Assembly: GCA_964385615.1 (NCBI GenBank)
Contig: CAYLPP010000011.1
Span: 19,508 to 83,507, forward strand
From: an uncultured bacterium
Lineage (GTDB): Bacteria; Omnitrophota; Omnitrophia; Omnitrophales; Aquincolibacteriaceae
Length of the DNA: 64,000 nucleotides
Direction: 5' to 3'
In this document: positions 30,458 to 42,400 of the stretch, in pieces
Layout: each line of letters begins with the position of its first letter
Position numbering within the stretch: position 1 is the stretch's first letter
Translations under genes and position numbers: made by a program
Notes under the pieces: model-generated
What the model saw: the letters and a program-made list of their open reading frames with translations, nothing else
What the model was told of the DNA's origin: nothing
Database searches by the model: none

Positions 30458-31816
30458 TTAGATTTTCTGCCTTATTTCTTTGATCGTGTTTTCGATCAAA
30501 TTACGGATTTCCGTCAGGCGTTTCTCACTGGTGGCTTCAAACCGGGTGACAAGCACAGGCTGTGTGTTGGAAGCGCGGACCAATCCCCAGCCGTCCGGGA
30601 ACTCAACGCGGGCGCCGTCAATATCCACCACTTTGTACTGAGCCTTCAGCGTCTGCACGGCTTTTTTAATCACGTCAAACTTCACTTCATCCGGACACTC
30701 AATGCGGATTTCAGCCGTAGCGTAAGTGTTGGGAACATCCTTCAGAAGTTCCGGGATGGTTTTATTTTCACGGTCCAGAATCTCAAGCATCCGGCAGGCC
30801 GAATAAATCCCGCTGTCAAAACCAAACCAGCGGTGTTTAAAAAAGATATGCCCGCTCATTTCGCCCGCCAGCAAAGCGCCTTCTTCTTTCATCTTGGCTT
30901 TGATCAGCGAGTGACCTGTCTTCCACATAATTCCTTTTCCGCCGTGCTTTTCAATATCCTGAAAAAGAAGGTTGGAGCATTTCACGTCGGCCAGAATCGT
31001 CGCACCCGGATTTTCTTTGAGAATCGGGCGGGAATAAAGAATCATCATTTTATCGCCGGGAATAATATTGCCCAGATGGTCAATCACGCCGCAGCGGTCG
31101 CCGTCACCGTCAAACGCAAGACCGATGTCGGCTTTATTTTTCTTCACAGCTTCAATACAGTCGTGCAGATTTTCAGGCTCGCTGGGATCCGCGGGGTGAT
31201 TCGGGAAACGTCCGTCCGGTTCGGTGTAAAGCTTAATGACCTCATGCCCAAATTTCTCGAAAAGCTTCGGAGCGATCAAGCCGGTCATCCCGTTACCGCA
31301 GTCCACCACAATCTTGAGCTTACGTTTGAACTGAAATCCTTTAAACAGGTACTCAAAATAATCAGGAACAATCTCACGGGTGGTGAGTTTTCCTTCACCC
31401 TTGAGAAAATCCTGCTTCTGAATCATGGAAAGGAGTGTTTGAATCTGCGGGCCATGAAGGCTGGAAGTCCCGATATTCATTTTCAGACCGTTCTGATCGG
31501 GCGGATTGTGCGAACCGGTGATCATGATACCGCCGTCCGTGGCGAAATAATGCACGGCGAAATAAAGACACGGCGTGGTGGTCAAACCCAGGTCAGTCAC
31601 ATGGAGGCCGGTGGAAAGAATGCCCTTGATCAGCGCGTCATGAATGCGGGGCGAACTGACACGGCAGTCACGGCCGATCACAATATGATATTTCTTATCA
31701 CGCTTAAGGAAAGTTCCGTAAGCCTTCCCGATATTTTCGACCACTTCGCTGGTCAAATCACGTTCAGCTACGCCGCGGATGTCATACTCACGAAAAATTG
31801 AAATCGGAAGGTTCAT
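30458..31816 (-). CDS. manB: Phosphomannomutase / phosphoglucomutase
   Basis: 452 aa with phosphoserine loop TGSHNPP, Mg loop FDGDGDR and a sugar-binding loop. Directly abuts manC. Confidence 0.8.
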   Translation of the reverse strand: MNLPISIFREYDIRGVAERDLTSEVVENIGKAYGTFLKRDKKYHIVIGRDCRVSSPRIHDALIKGILSTGLHVTDLGLTTTPCLYFAVHYFATDGGIMITGSHNPPDQNGLKMNIGTSSLHGPQIQTLLSMIQKQDFLKGEGKLTTREIVPDYFEYLFKGFQFKRKLKIVVDCGNGMTGLIAPKLFEKFGHEVIKLYTEPDGRFPNHPADPSEPENLHDCIEAVKKNKADIGLAFDGDGDRCGVIDHLGNIIPGDKMMILYSRPILKENPGATILADVKCSNLLFQDIEKHGGKGIMWKTGHSLIKAKMKEEGALLAGEMSGHIFFKHRWFGFDSGIYSACRMLEILDRENKTIPELLKDVPNTYATAEIRIECPDEVKFDVIKKAVQTLKAQYKVVDIDGARVEFPDGWGLVRASNTQPVLVTRFEATSEKRLTEIRNLIENTIKEIRQKI

Positions 31817-31963
31817 GTGAATTTGGTCTCTTAATTTTAATTAGAAAAATTAGGAAAGAGGACTTGGCTCTTTCGAGAAGATCCTCAAATTCCTTTATTT
31901 TGAAATGCGTTCATCGGACGCGGCATTCCTTAAGCCGCGCCGATGACGTACCAATCACAGGAT

Positions 31964-32048
31964 TGGTGCGAGCGAGAGGACTTGAACCTCCAACCCTTGC
32001 GGGACATGATCCTTAGTCATGCGCGTATGCCAATTCCGCCACGCTCGC
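31964..32048 (-). tRNA. tRNA-Leu (class II, long variable arm); anticodon reads AAG by my manual fold
   Basis: Reverse complement GCGAGCGTGGCGGAATTGGCATACGCGCATGACTAAGGATCATGTCCCGCAAGGGTTGGAGGTTCAAGTCCTCTCGCTCGCACCA. 7-bp acceptor stem, D-loop with GG, anticodon stem CATGA/TCATG with loop CTAAGGA, variable-arm hairpin CCCGCAAGGG, T-loop TTCAAGT, encoded CCA. Confidence 0.75.
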
Positions 32049-32061
32049 GTAAAAATTAAAA

Positions 32062-32415
32062 CTATTTTCCGGACTTAAGCCGCTGCTTCTCTTTTTCAAG
32101 AGCAACTTCGACTTGCGCCAGCTCCACATCCAACTTTTGAGTTTCCTCGATCAACGTCTTGATCTCAGCGTCATTCACGGAGATTTCCTCACCCTTCCGC
32201 TGGGCTTTTTCATAAATCTTACTGCCAAGCTGGGCGAATTTCTTACTCACGCGGTGCTCCAGGCCGGCCTTTTCAATCAAAAGCTTGGTTACCAGGGCCG
32301 CTTCTCCCGCTTTTTCGGAAACAGTCTTGACGGACTGCTTCGCGGTTTCAAAAGCACTGTTAATGGCTTTTTCCGCTTTTTCGTACAACGAATCATTTTC
32401 CATATTATTTTCCAT
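32062..32415 (-). CDS. Hypothetical coiled-coil protein (phasin-like composition)
   Basis: 117 aa, Lys/Glu/Ala-rich amphipathic helices. No catalytic motif. Confidence 0.35.
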   Translation of the reverse strand: MENNMENDSLYEKAEKAINSAFETAKQSVKTVSEKAGEAALVTKLLIEKAGLEHRVSKKFAQLGSKIYEKAQRKGEEISVNDAEIKTLIEETQKLDVELAQVEVALEKEKQRLKSGK

Positions 32416-33430
32416 TCACCACGTTTTCCGGATTTCCTTCCAGAAAACGCCGTATGTTACCCACCGTTGTATCAAGGATGCGTGTCACCGCTTCCTTTGA
32501 ATAAAATGCCATGTGAGGCGTGTAAATAACGTTCCCGCGGCTTAACAAGTCCTGATTTTTCTTCATCAGGTCTTTTTTTTCCGCGTCCTGAGTGTTTAAA
32601 AACCGTTTCTCCTCGAGAATCAGCTCTTCACCTTCGAGCACATCCAGCCCCGCTCCGGAGAAAATACCTTCGTTCAGACCTTTAAGCAGGGCTTCGGTTT
32701 CAACCAGACCGCCCCGCGCGGTATTCACCAGGACTGAACCGCGCTTTATTTTAGACAGGTTAGCCTGATTAATCAAATGATGAGTTGCCTTCATATACGG
32801 GACATGAAGTGAAAGAATATCCGCTTTGCCCAGCAATTCATCGAAGGGCGCGTATTTGAACCCCATGACTTCCGCGAGAAAGTGATTGGGCTTTACATCA
32901 AAGGCAAGCACTTCCATACCGAATCCCCGTGCCATGCGGATAACGTGAAGACCGATATGACCCGTTCCAATCACGCCGATTGTTTTGCCGTAAAGGTCAA
33001 AACCCATCAGGCCGGTCAGAGAAAAGTCATTATCACGGATTTTGTAATACGCTTTGCGCAGACTGCGCGAAAGCGAAAGGATCAGCGCGAAGGTGTGTTC
33101 GGCCACAGTGTTTTCACCGTAGACAGGCACATTGGAAACCTTGATGCCCTTGTCCGCGGCCGCTTTAGGATCAATATGATCAAACCCGGTGGACCGGGTC
33201 GCGATGAGTTTCAAATCCGGAAATAAGGCTATCTCTTTGGCGCCGATCCGTGAATTCACAAAAGGCGAAAGCACGGTGACTCCGGGATATTTTTTTTTCA
33301 AATCCTGCACATTCTCATTTTCAAAGATCAAGCTGGCGCCTTGAAACCGCGAGGCAAGGTAATCCGCCTGCCATTTTTCCTGCATTTCCGCAAACAGAAT
33401 CCTGTCGGAAGTAAGAAGCGCCTCATTCAT
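32405..33430 (-). CDS. D-isomer-specific 2-hydroxyacid dehydrogenase (NAD-binding)
   Basis: 341 aa. GVIGTGHIGLHV Rossmann motif and a catalytic His/Glu/Arg arrangement typical of D-2-HDH (LVNTARGGLV). Confidence 0.75.
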   Translation of the reverse strand: MNEALLTSDRILFAEMQEKWQADYLASRFQGASLIFENENVQDLKKKYPGVTVLSPFVNSRIGAKEIALFPDLKLIATRSTGFDHIDPKAAADKGIKVSNVPVYGENTVAEHTFALILSLSRSLRKAYYKIRDNDFSLTGLMGFDLYGKTIGVIGTGHIGLHVIRMARGFGMEVLAFDVKPNHFLAEVMGFKYAPFDELLGKADILSLHVPYMKATHHLINQANLSKIKRGSVLVNTARGGLVETEALLKGLNEGIFSGAGLDVLEGEELILEEKRFLNTQDAEKKDLMKKNQDLLSRGNVIYTPHMAFYSKEAVTRILDTTVGNIRRFLEGNPENVVNGK

Positions 33431-33481
33431 AAGAGCGGGAATTTTACCAGAAAACGCTGAAAAAGGCAGGTCTTTTTACGC

Positions 33482-36400
33482 TTAGGCCGAAGCGGCGGTC
33501 CGCAGGGCCTGCATCCGGTAACGGCTGAGCTCTTGAATCGCCGCGGCCATCGCTGAGAGGGCTTCAGCGCTTTTAACGCGCTCACGGTCTTCACGGCCGT
33601 CCACTTGCGCCAGAAAATCCACGGTTTTCTTGGAAAGAGCCACAAGCCCGGCCGTTAAAACCCTGGCCGGAAGATTCTCGCCGTCCTTCGCGCCATAATC
33701 CAGTTCCTGCCCGTCGCCATAGCGGTCGGAAAGCAGCATCCGGATATTTTCAGGCACGGAGCCGATGACCAGGTCAGGCGATTGATCCAGACGGCCTTGC
33801 ATTGACTGATGATAAAAACTGACACTGCCTCCCGCCTTCTCAATTTCCAGAATGTCACGCTTGTTATGGTCAGCAACTTTGAGCAGATCGCGGACACGCT
33901 GAGGCACCTTCACTTGAATCACAATATTTTTATTTATTGAAACCGCGTCATGCGCGGCCTGGAGAAGTGCGCGGAGCGCTTCTTCCGCTTTCCCGCCCAA
34001 CTGAGCCAGATCCTGCTCGGAAATTTGATACCTCACATAAACCGGCTTATCGACCGCCCGAATAGCCTCCGCGTATTCCATCCCGGCTTTTAAAATCTCC
34101 GCGTCTTCTTTGAGCGCTTCCGACTCAACCGCGGCTTGCACTTCCGGAATAAACGCGTCAAGATTTCCGGCGGCAGCCCGGACAATTCCTGGAATATCCA
34201 GACTCCCCGGACTGTTCGTCCGGAACGCGTTTACGAGATTTTCAGCCGCCAGCCTCAATTCAGAGCGGGGAGTATCCGCTTTTGAAGACTGGGGTCTTAT
34301 CTCAACCTGAATAATACGCGCCTTGTCTTCTTTTAAATCTTTTTCCGTGTCCGCGTAAACAAGCCAGACGCGTGAAACTTCACTTAAAGGAAACTGTTTT
34401 AGGTCATGCCAGTTTATATCCGTGGATTTCCGGTATTTCCGCATAACAGCTTCCGGAATTTCCAAAAGCACCCCCAGTGTTTTTGAAAGGTAATTTTCAC
34501 CGTAGGGCGAATCGGTATACGTATGAAGATGCGCTTCGCTCAAATCCGCGGTCCACCGTGTTGGGGCGCGGCCAATGTTCTTAACTTTTCCGGAATTGAT
34601 CCAATCTTCAAGTACTTCTTTACCGTAAACTCCCCGGTAATAAAACCCGGTCCGGAAATCTTCAGGGAAGGCTTCGCTAAATTTACGTACAGGAGCCTGC
34701 CGGGCAATCCGGAGCGCGCCGGAGTAGGAACGAATGCCCGGTAAACGCACTTCAGAACGGGCAGGCTTGTCGGTTTTGGGGTTGGGGCCGGTTTTTTTCC
34801 TGGGAATGAATTTCTTAAAGCGTTTGTCCAGCGCCTCAAACGCAACACGGCTTTTTTGAATACTTTGAATGCTGGATTGCGGATGCGCCGCGAAAGCTTC
34901 ATGAACCGGCCCGGCAGCCTGTCTTTTTTTATTGGCCCGCAAAAATACGCGGGCCTGCGCAAGATAATCCCGGATGAAAAATTTATCCTGAGAACCCAAG
35001 GTCGAATCGTTTAAAAGCTGTTCGGCTGCATCAATCTCGTTTAGAAGCTGCTGTTTTTCCGAAATTTTCTTCGCTCTGACTTCTGAGCGGGAAGCCGGTT
35101 GATAGTTATCTAAATTAACCTCGATCATCCGGATCTTCTGCGCGGAATGCCGGAGAAGCGCGTTTTCCAGCTCCTCAGGGCTTGAGATCGTATAAATCGC
35201 GGTGGGTTCATAGACAGGGCCTTCGTCTGACGGATAAAACGCTATTCTGGTAACTGCCCGCGGATTCTCCTGAAGCATTCGTCTTTGGAAATTCTGAGCG
35301 CCGATGTCCTTGTGAATTCCCCCCAAACTCGAGGACCCGATAACCAGGTACTGAACTTTAAGCTTGAGGCGGGTAAAAAGCTCATCCCTGAGAATGGAGC
35401 CGTATTTTTTTCGGCGCAAATCTTCTCCAGCTCCCGCGTCAAAAACATAGATTCCATTTCCAAAAGCGCGGTTCGACCCACTGTTAACCTGATAAGCATA
35501 CGCTGCCAAAGGAAATCCGCGAAAACGCTGTTCATCAGTCACCTCAAAACCTTCCGGAAAATCTTTACGAAAAAGAATGAGCGCGTCTTCTTTTTTTCCG
35601 TTCCACCGGGTGTAGAGTTCATCACTCCACATACGGCGGAGCAGCCAATCCACAGGGCCGCGAATCTCATCCGGCCCCAATTCGGAGAACAAACGGAAAG
35701 AGACATTCTCAACGCGCGCCTCGGAACGCCCCCAGACGGGCACCGCCTTCTTTAAAGCATGAAGAGCGTCATTCGCATCCCGGGTTCCGTCAAAAAAATC
35801 ATTTACAAGATTCATATGGGGCTTAAAAGCCTTCATCAAATGAAGCAAGTTCACTTGCCGGCGAATCGGCTCAAGACCGTTTGTGTATTCCTGAAACAAA
35901 CGCAAGCGGTCCGGGTCAAAACCGCCCTGCCGCAGGAACTCGGGATTACCGCTGGTATGAAACCGATAAACCGCATCGCGGCCCGCCTGAGCGCCGATTT
36001 TCGAGAAAATCTCGTTAATGAAAAACTGGTTTTTGAACGGAAGCAAAACGCCAAAATGCCGCCGGATGAAGTCGGTAGCCAGATATTCCGTGGTTCCTTC
36101 CCTCAATATCCAGAGAAGTCCATTCTGCGTAATTTCACCCAAAGCTTCCGCGAACCCATCGGCCTGTTCAATATGATAACGCTCATGCGCGTAGGTTCTC
36201 GCCATATTCAGCGTTTCAAAGTCTTCACGAATCCACAGATGCACAAATGTCAGAATCTCTCCCTCGGGCAGCTTGATTTGCTGCATGAAACCAAAAGGTG
36301 TTTCAGACAACTCCAACGCTTTCAAGATAGGATCGATCCAGTAACCCGTCGCAGAAACAGGCAGAACGCTCAGGTTCTCAGGGTCGCGGTCCCCCGGCAT

Positions 36401-39400
36401 TCTGAAATAAAAAGTCCTGTCCGGCACAGCCAGCTCGCCGGCAGCATCGATTTTGGCGATCGCTTCACGAAGATTCGCATCAGGCTCAGCCGCGAAAAGT
36501 TTGTTTTCTTCTTCGACAAACCTGATTAAATCTTCTTTCGTCTTCACCTGCTTCATTTTTTCAAACCGCCCGCGCCAGTAAGCAAAAAGCTCGTTTTTAT
36601 CCGCTGTCCCGTAAATTCTTCTGAGTTCCGCAGCGCGTTCGGGGCTTTCTTCGGAGAATGTCTGATTCCAGAGTTTCTCCAGACCTGTGATATTTTTTTC
36701 CGCCTTAGCAATCATATCAACCCAGGGTTTGACTAACAAGTCACGCACTTCAGAGCGGGGCGTCGTAAAAAACGATTCTTGATCCATCCGGCTTACCGCC
36801 CAGTCCGGTACATCCGCTAAATCATAAAACCCGTAGAGAGTCCCTTGCTTGTAAAAAAAATATTGCTCCTCTTGAGGACGGCCCGTAAGCCAGGTCCGGA
36901 ATTCCGGAGTCACGGTCACTGCTTGCAGGGCACCCCGGAGAATATCAAACCCATCTATGTATTCTCCAATATTCCATCCGGCAATTTCGTCGATATCTTC
37001 GGCGCTCTTAATTTCCTCAGGAAGTTTTCCGGAATAAGCTTTTAGAGTTTGAGCAAGTATTGAAAACTCTTCCCTGAGCCGGGCTTCTTTTTCCCTATTC
37101 TTGTATGGATTATTTCCCCACTTTTCCCGGCCCGGAATCACGTATCCCTTTTTGTGGTATTTCGCGGACGCGAGTTCCGGTTTAGTCCCGTCGCCGGAAG
37201 GGTAAATAACGCCTTCCATCCATTGCCGTTCCAGCCTGAGGCTGGGGGTACCAGGAGGTCTTGTCATTGAAAACGGGAAATGCATGGCGGGAAAACTGCT
37301 GTAAAGGATGCCGTTATCATCCAGGGCTTTGAGAAAAGTATCCATCAAAAATCCTCGACTGGATTCTTCAAGGTACTGAAAAACCTGCCGGAAGAAAATG
37401 AAGTCCGGGTGAAGCTTTTCCAACCCAAGAGCCTGCACGCTTTCGCGCTGATTAAAATTGAGAACTGCCAGCTGAAAGAGAGCGTGTTTTTCCGGCTTCA
37501 GGCGGTAACCACGGGGCGTTTTGTCGAAATATTTCGCGGTCGGAATTCCGGAAAGACGGGCTTCCCGAATATCCTGAGGATCATAATAAATCTCATTGGC
37601 CATGAATTTTTCCATCAAAGAAGCTTGCCCTCCAAGCCCAGCGACCAAAACTTTCGCTTCAATTCCCTTGAACCGTTCAAGAGCGGAAAGCACTTCAATG
37701 GGTTCCTGAAAAAACCCGGGACCGCCGACAAAAGCGCGGAAAGCCTGACGCTCTTTTCTTTTTCCGGGCGCGCGGAGTCTGGTTTCACGGCGAAAATCTC
37801 CCAGATAGTCGGGTTCACGCAGAGCTTCAGAACCTGAATACCGCCCGAAGCGTCCCATAGACTGCCATGCGGGTACCAACAGCCGAAGAAAACGCTCCGT
37901 GGGAGAATTCTCCTGCCCGAAATTTTTAAGCTGGGCCGGCCAAAGAGACGGCGTATCCCCAAGTATTTCAGTAATTTCATCCCAGTAAGTGCGCACGAAA
38001 TTCTTCAGCGTAATGGTTTCCACTTCATTCTGATTACTTGAAAAAATCCGGTTTTGACGGACGTAAGTTTCGGGAAGTTTTTTAATAAATGTCAGGATCA
38101 CGGCCGCCGCCTTGTTAACCTCGAGGTCAAAATGGGCCGGCACGGCGCGGACTTCAGAACGCGCGCTCTCTTGTTTCGCTTTGTAAAGAATCGACGTGAG
38201 CTTCGCAACCAGCAGATCACGCTTCTGGGGCACCACCCTTTTACCCTTCTTCAGCAAGTCCGCGGCACCCGCCTTGATCTGTCCTTGATCCAGCGGAAGA
38301 GCGGCGATTTTCAAAAGTTTTTCACTGATTGTGGACCAATCAATAAGATCATCCTCTTGGTCGGAAATCCCCCGGCTGATAAGCCCGCGCATTTTTTTGG
38401 CCAGCTCCCGGGCCGCCTCCGCTTGAGGGCTGAAAGACTTCAGGTCTACGGCTTGCGGCGATTGAGGCTTCTGCTTTGCAATCAACGATTCAAGATCCGC
38501 CAGGTATCCCGCGAACATTTCTTCGAGAAAATCCCGCGCCCCCGCCCGGCGATGCGCTAATTCCGGATCCGTTTGAACCATTTTAAGATTTTCCTGCAGA
38601 ATGGTTTTCAAGTTCCGGAGATCGTTTTCCGGAACACGAAGACGCAGGATCTCGCTCAGGGAAAGGTTATTGAGTTCATAAACCCATCTCAATAAGCCGG
38701 CTTCTTTATCAGAAATCGCCGGGAAGAGAGATTCGGGCACCGCCTCCGATTCGGACTGCGTTTCTCCCCCAAGAACCACGCCGTAAGCGATCGGAGCACC
38801 TTTCGAGTCATAAAAAACGGTCACTTCGGCGGCCAAACCGTGACGCCGGAAAAAAGCTTTAACCTCATCGGCCGTCGTGAACAGCCCGGCAAGAAATTTT
38901 TCCAGATTGTAGATATCGAGATAAATTCGAAGCGTATCCCCGTAAATGGCGCCGATTGCCTGCCCAGCCGCCGGAGTCTGAAGAAGCGCGATCATTCTTT
39001 CAACATGTTCAATATACTTCTCCTGCCCCCCTAGGGCATAAGGGTCGCGTGGAAGAGCAGCCATTTTCCGCCGAACTCCCGCAAGCCCCTGGAAACTACC
39101 CGCGTGGACCATGGAAATCAGCTCGTGATAAATATCCAGCATCCGGTAATCCAGCATCAGGGCGGAGCGGTCATTGACCGTAACCTGGGATTGCGGGTGA
39201 TGCAGCTGAAGCACCGCTTTACCTGATTTCATGATCCGTTTTAGTTCTTCAACGGAACGCTCCTTATCGGTATAGTCCAGCGCGTACATGGAGATCACCG
39301 CATCCATGGAATGGTCCGCGAAACCGGTATTTTCGGCGGACGCCTGTTTAAAGGTGATCCCCTGGACCGGCTCTTTGGGAACCACCGGGTCCAGCGCGGT

Positions 39401-42400
39401 TAAATCCAAATCCCTGCGGCGCTCGGCAAGTTTGCGGGTTACATACAAATCCCCGGCACCCAAATCCAGAACCTTCGGTTTCTCCCCCGCCCTGGCGGGA
39501 AGCAGGCGATCCAGCCGCTGATAAAGAAATTCAAGGAGTGCCGTCGGGTAATGATTTCCCCAGGAACCCTGACGCTCCGTTTGCGAAGCATCAAGAGTTT
39601 CCCAATGCATTTTCCAGTATTGCACGGACAATTCGTCATTGCTCATTCCCGGGCCCTGAATATTCGGGGCTATAACGCGCATGAAACTCGCCGCGTCAAG
39701 GCCTCTTGCCAATGGCCGCGCGGTATTAATATCCGTTCTTCCGTTTTGAGCGGCAACTTCACGCGAAACCCACGAGTTCTTGAGCTGGCGCAAAAGCAGA
39801 GCGGTCCGGGGATCCGGAACCTCATTATCACGAACGGGTTCAAGCCGGTTAACCAGCCGATAGAAACCAGCCAGGGCTGTTGAATCCGGAAAAACTCCGT
39901 TTTGCTCCATCCAGCTTTTAATTTCCACGGTGCCGATCGACTTTGGGAAAGTGACCGCCCTCAGCTCGGAACGCCCCCTGGCGGAGAGAGCCTCTCGAAT
40001 GCCTTCGTCAATTTCATTCGTATCGTAAGGAAGCTCCGTGTCTTCACGGCGGATCAGAGACAGCACGACTTCTTTAAGGAAGGCGGGGTCATACCCCTTG
40101 AATCCCGGTTCATTAATTTTCTTCACACCCTCCCGGTTAACCAAAATAAGCTGGCCGAACTCAACGCTGAAAGCTTCCGGGTTCAATCCTTCTGTGGACC
40201 CCGCGGCCAAGCCATAAAGGGTAAATCCTTTATCCTGAAAATCTAAAATAAGATTCGTTAATTCCCCGGCTGTTTTTTTAAGTTTTCCGGGCTCCACATT
40301 CTTAAAAAGATGCTCCTTCAATGAGTTCCCATAAGAAAAAAGCCGGTGATTGTCACTGGTTCCTTTGTTGACCATAGGATTAAAAATATCATTTTGATAC
40401 GAAACCCAACGGTCAGAACCGTCTTTAAAAACTACGTAATACTTGTAACCGCCATCCACGGCTTTAACCGGAATCGATGCCCGCCAAACTCCATCTTCAA
40501 AAGTCATCGGGAAACCGGGAGACGCCCACCCATTGAAATCGCCCCGGACATAGACCGCGGAAATTTCTTCATTTTGAATTGGAGGCCGCGGCTCGAAAAT
40601 AAAAGCGCTGGCCGGTTTGTAAGGCGGCTTAGGCACTTTGGAAATAAAAGTCAAAAAGTAAGGGGTGTCTTCCCTGACGGCTTTCAGAATCTCCGGGAGG
40701 CGGTCCCATTCAGCAGGCAGACTGCCGTCTGAAACATTCACATTATCATTAATTAAAACCTGCGCGCCATTCGCGGGGTTCAGAAAGAAACGAAGCATTT
40801 CTTCGGTATCGCCGGAAGCCAGCAGGCTTTGGATTTGCGCCCGCTTTTCAACGGGAAACTGCTCCATCGGAACAGTCCAGAAAATAAAAAAACTCTGAGG
40901 CGTCAAGACCGCCTGAGTTGCCGGATCAAAAATGCGGTAAAGCCCCGCTAACGAGAAAATAAATTGGTGCCCCAGGGATGAAACGCCAACCTGGGTCGTC
41001 ACTGTGAGCTGGCGCCCGTCCTTTTCAGGAAGATTTCTTTGTTTAAGCGGTTGATAAGCCACCGTTGGAGGCCAGACACCCGGCTCATTTTTCGAAAGAG
41101 GAAACCCCATACTGTTAACAGTAAAATCTTTCTTGCGGTAGCTCTCAATCCTGTAACCCGACCTGACAGCCTTCGAAGCCGGATGAATATCCTCCGGCCA
41201 TATCGGAATCTGTTCAGGCGCGTAAGTTCGGTAATAGCCTGAGGCATCTACGATTGTTCCCTTTTCCGTTCTGGCTACGGCGTGCTGGAGTTCCATTTCA
41301 TAATCCACCGGACTTGGACTCCGGGGCAAACCGCGCAAACGGTCTTCCAGAGTTTCCCAGCTTGAAACATCTAAAAGATCGCCGGTCTCAACCGGACGAA
41401 AAGAAAACCGGTTAGGAATTTTAATGCGGTGGACGGAAGCCTTAATCCCGTGCGCGTTTAAAACCCGCGCGGACACGCATGATCCGACCGTACACTCGCC
41501 CCATTCGGCTTCCTCGCCAGGAACTCCCTGGATAGTCAGCTCATATTCATCCTCAATATCCAAGCCGAAAATATCTCTAGCCGGACTCCATGCGTAAGTA
41601 CCCGTTTCGATCAGATGGTAAAGTCCGTAGGTTTTGATTTGAGCGCTCATAAGCGGGTAGAGTTCAAGAGCCCTGCGGAGATCTTCTTCCTTTTCAACGG
41701 GTGAGGTTTCGGCCCTAACCTCAGACCGCGCTTCAGGAACAGACGCGATACGCTCCAATAAAAGTTCCATCCGGCCTACTTGATCTGCGGTCGGATTGCT
41801 TTTCTTCAAATACTCCGTGACCTGCTGTTTAAAACGCCGTTTCACCCAGACAACGAAAGTCCATTCGGTTGAAACACCGCTCGACCGGGATTTCACTTTT
41901 ACGGGACTACGGTCAAATAAATGCCCGGAGGCCCGCAGTGCTTCTAGCGAGGAAACAGCTTCTGCCGCGGATTGCCCGAATACCTCAACAGGCGGCACGA
42001 AAATTGAAAACTCTCCGCCAAGAAGGGAGTTCCAAAGCGCCATTCTCCGTAGAATTTCCTTGATATTTCCTTCAAGCGTTTCGGGGTCAGCGGGAGTTTC
42101 ATCTTCCGTGAGTTCCGTTTCTGAGCGGAGTTCAGAACGCCCGTGGGTTTCGAAATTTCCCGAAGTTTCCGGGGAGCGATATTGAAAAGTTTCGAAAATG
42201 GTCACCAGGAGAACAACTGTTACGGATAATCCCATCAGGCCAAGTCCGCCCCAGATCAAAAGATCACCGGGAGAAACCAGGTAATGGTTTGTCAGAGGAA
42301 TGTAGTCGGCAACGCCGTGAAACAGGAATGCATCAACCACGTTCATCAGCACTCCAGAAAAATAAATCAAGAGACCTGCGGTAAAAATCCGCTGAAAAAT

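Noticed and set aside
30122-31801. 559-aa ORF on the plus strand
   Set aside because: It is antisense to manB, which has all three phosphohexomutase signature loops. A shadow ORF.
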